The notes beneath the pieces were generated by a model. That model worked only from the letters and a program-made list of their open reading frames with translations. It did no database searches and was not told the DNA's origin. Below, piece by piece: positions 63,170 through 64,000 of a DNA stretch of 64,000 bases. Numbering within the stretch: the stretch's first letter is position 1; every line of letters begins with the position of its first letter. Made by a program: the position numbers and the translations under genes. Origin of the DNA: an uncultured Chloroflexia bacterium (GTDB lineage: Bacteria; Chloroflexota; Dehalococcoidia; DSTF01; JALHUB01); contig CAVSBT010000015.1 in NCBI GenBank assembly GCA_963726245.1, positions 255,793 through 319,792 on the forward strand, given 5' to 3'.

Positions 63170-63622
63170 ATGTCCGAAAAGAACGTCGCTGTCAACCGCA
63201 AGGCCTTCCACGACTACGAGGTGTTGGAGCGCGTGGAGGCGGGCCTCGTCCTCACCGGCACCGAGATCAAGTCCATCCGCGACGGCCGCGTCAACCTGCG
63301 TGAGGCCTACGCCCGCCCCGAAAGCGGCGAGCTGTGGCTGTTCAACGCTCACATCGCGCCCTACCCCGCTGCCCATCAGTTCAACCACGAGCCCACGCGC
63401 CGGCGGAAGCTTCTACTCCACAAACGGGAGATGCGCGAGCTGAGCCGGGCCGTCGAGGAGCAGGGACTGACGGTGGTGCCCCTGCGCCTCTACCTGAAGA
63501 GAGGGCTGGCCAAGGTGGAGCTGGGGCTGGTGCGCGGGCGTCGGCAGTACGACAAGCGCCAGGCCATCGCCCGCCGGGAGGCGGAACGCCAGATGGCAAG
63601 GGCCATCCGCTATCGGGGGTAG
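63170..63622 (+). CDS. smpB: SsrA-binding protein
   Basis: NRKAFHDY, GTEIKS, RKLLLH, YDKR. Confidence 0.96.
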   Translation: MSEKNVAVNRKAFHDYEVLERVEAGLVLTGTEIKSIRDGRVNLREAYARPESGELWLFNAHIAPYPAAHQFNHEPTRRRKLLLHKREMRELSRAVEEQGLTVVPLRLYLKRGLAKVELGLVRGRRQYDKRQAIARREAERQMARAIRYRG

Positions 63623-63673
63623 GCGAGCATGGGCGGGCTCCGGGCCTTGCCGGATGTGCTAGAATAGGCGCAC

Positions 63674-64000
63674 GGGGACGAAAGGGCTCGACAGGGAAGC
63701 GCGGGTCTGAGTTGCAGGCCGAGGTGCCATCAACCTCGTTAAACCGGTGGCAAAAAGTAACTGGCGAACGAGAGTTTGCTTTCGCTGCCTAGATAGGCAG
63801 CGACGCTGACCTCGACCCTCCCCCGAGGGGTTGGGGATCGGTGCCGAAATCTTGGGGTGCGGTGGCCCAGACGTCGATAAGGGTCACCAAAGACTCATCG
63901 ACTGGCCGTCCGAGGCCCGGCCAGCAGGGGCCGCGGCCGGCGAGACCCAACTGCTGGACAAGCTTGTAGCAGACTCAGGACGTCATTCCTCTGGACGGGG
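63674..64000 (+). ncRNA. ssrA: tmRNA (3' end beyond window); tag (A)GEREFAFAA
   Basis: GGGGAC...CTCGAC 5' end, resume site TAACT-GGC, tag ending AA-stop, directly after smpB. Confidence 0.93.

Overview
High-GC bacterial DNA, most consistent with Chloroflexota (Dehalococcoidia-like): an acn-icd-mdh-fumAB operon, Chloroflexi-type surface-protein tails, and a DUF5656-like gene between tRNAs. More than 20 apparent frameshifts, including in leuS, lysS and aconitase, point to uncorrected long-read indels rather than real pseudogenes. Main content: a glgC plus three-GH57 glycogen cluster, tldD and pmbA split by an AbrB-PIN toxin-antitoxin pair, acyl-CoA enzymes, DUF47-pit, a patchwork accessory region (25.5-32.4 kb) at the 3' end of tRNA-Pro, housekeeping genes (leuS, coaD, rsmD, greA, lysS, rarA, smpB, tmRNA, four tRNAs), a partial TCA operon, a membrane-anchored TPR protein, a standalone wHTH-TIR gene, and a c-di-GMP-I riboswitch in front of a diguanylate cyclase. 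Best leads: (1) a peptidase S51 hydrolase fused to a CysRS anticodon-binding domain, (2) a small CCGHPGEPGC-TGA protein followed by a SECIS-like hairpin, (3) unexplained structured leaders before the TCA operon, DUF47-pit and greA, (4) the TIR and HEPN-like defence candidates, (5) a diverse GTAG-REP family. All calls come from reading motifs by eye; no database searches were run.
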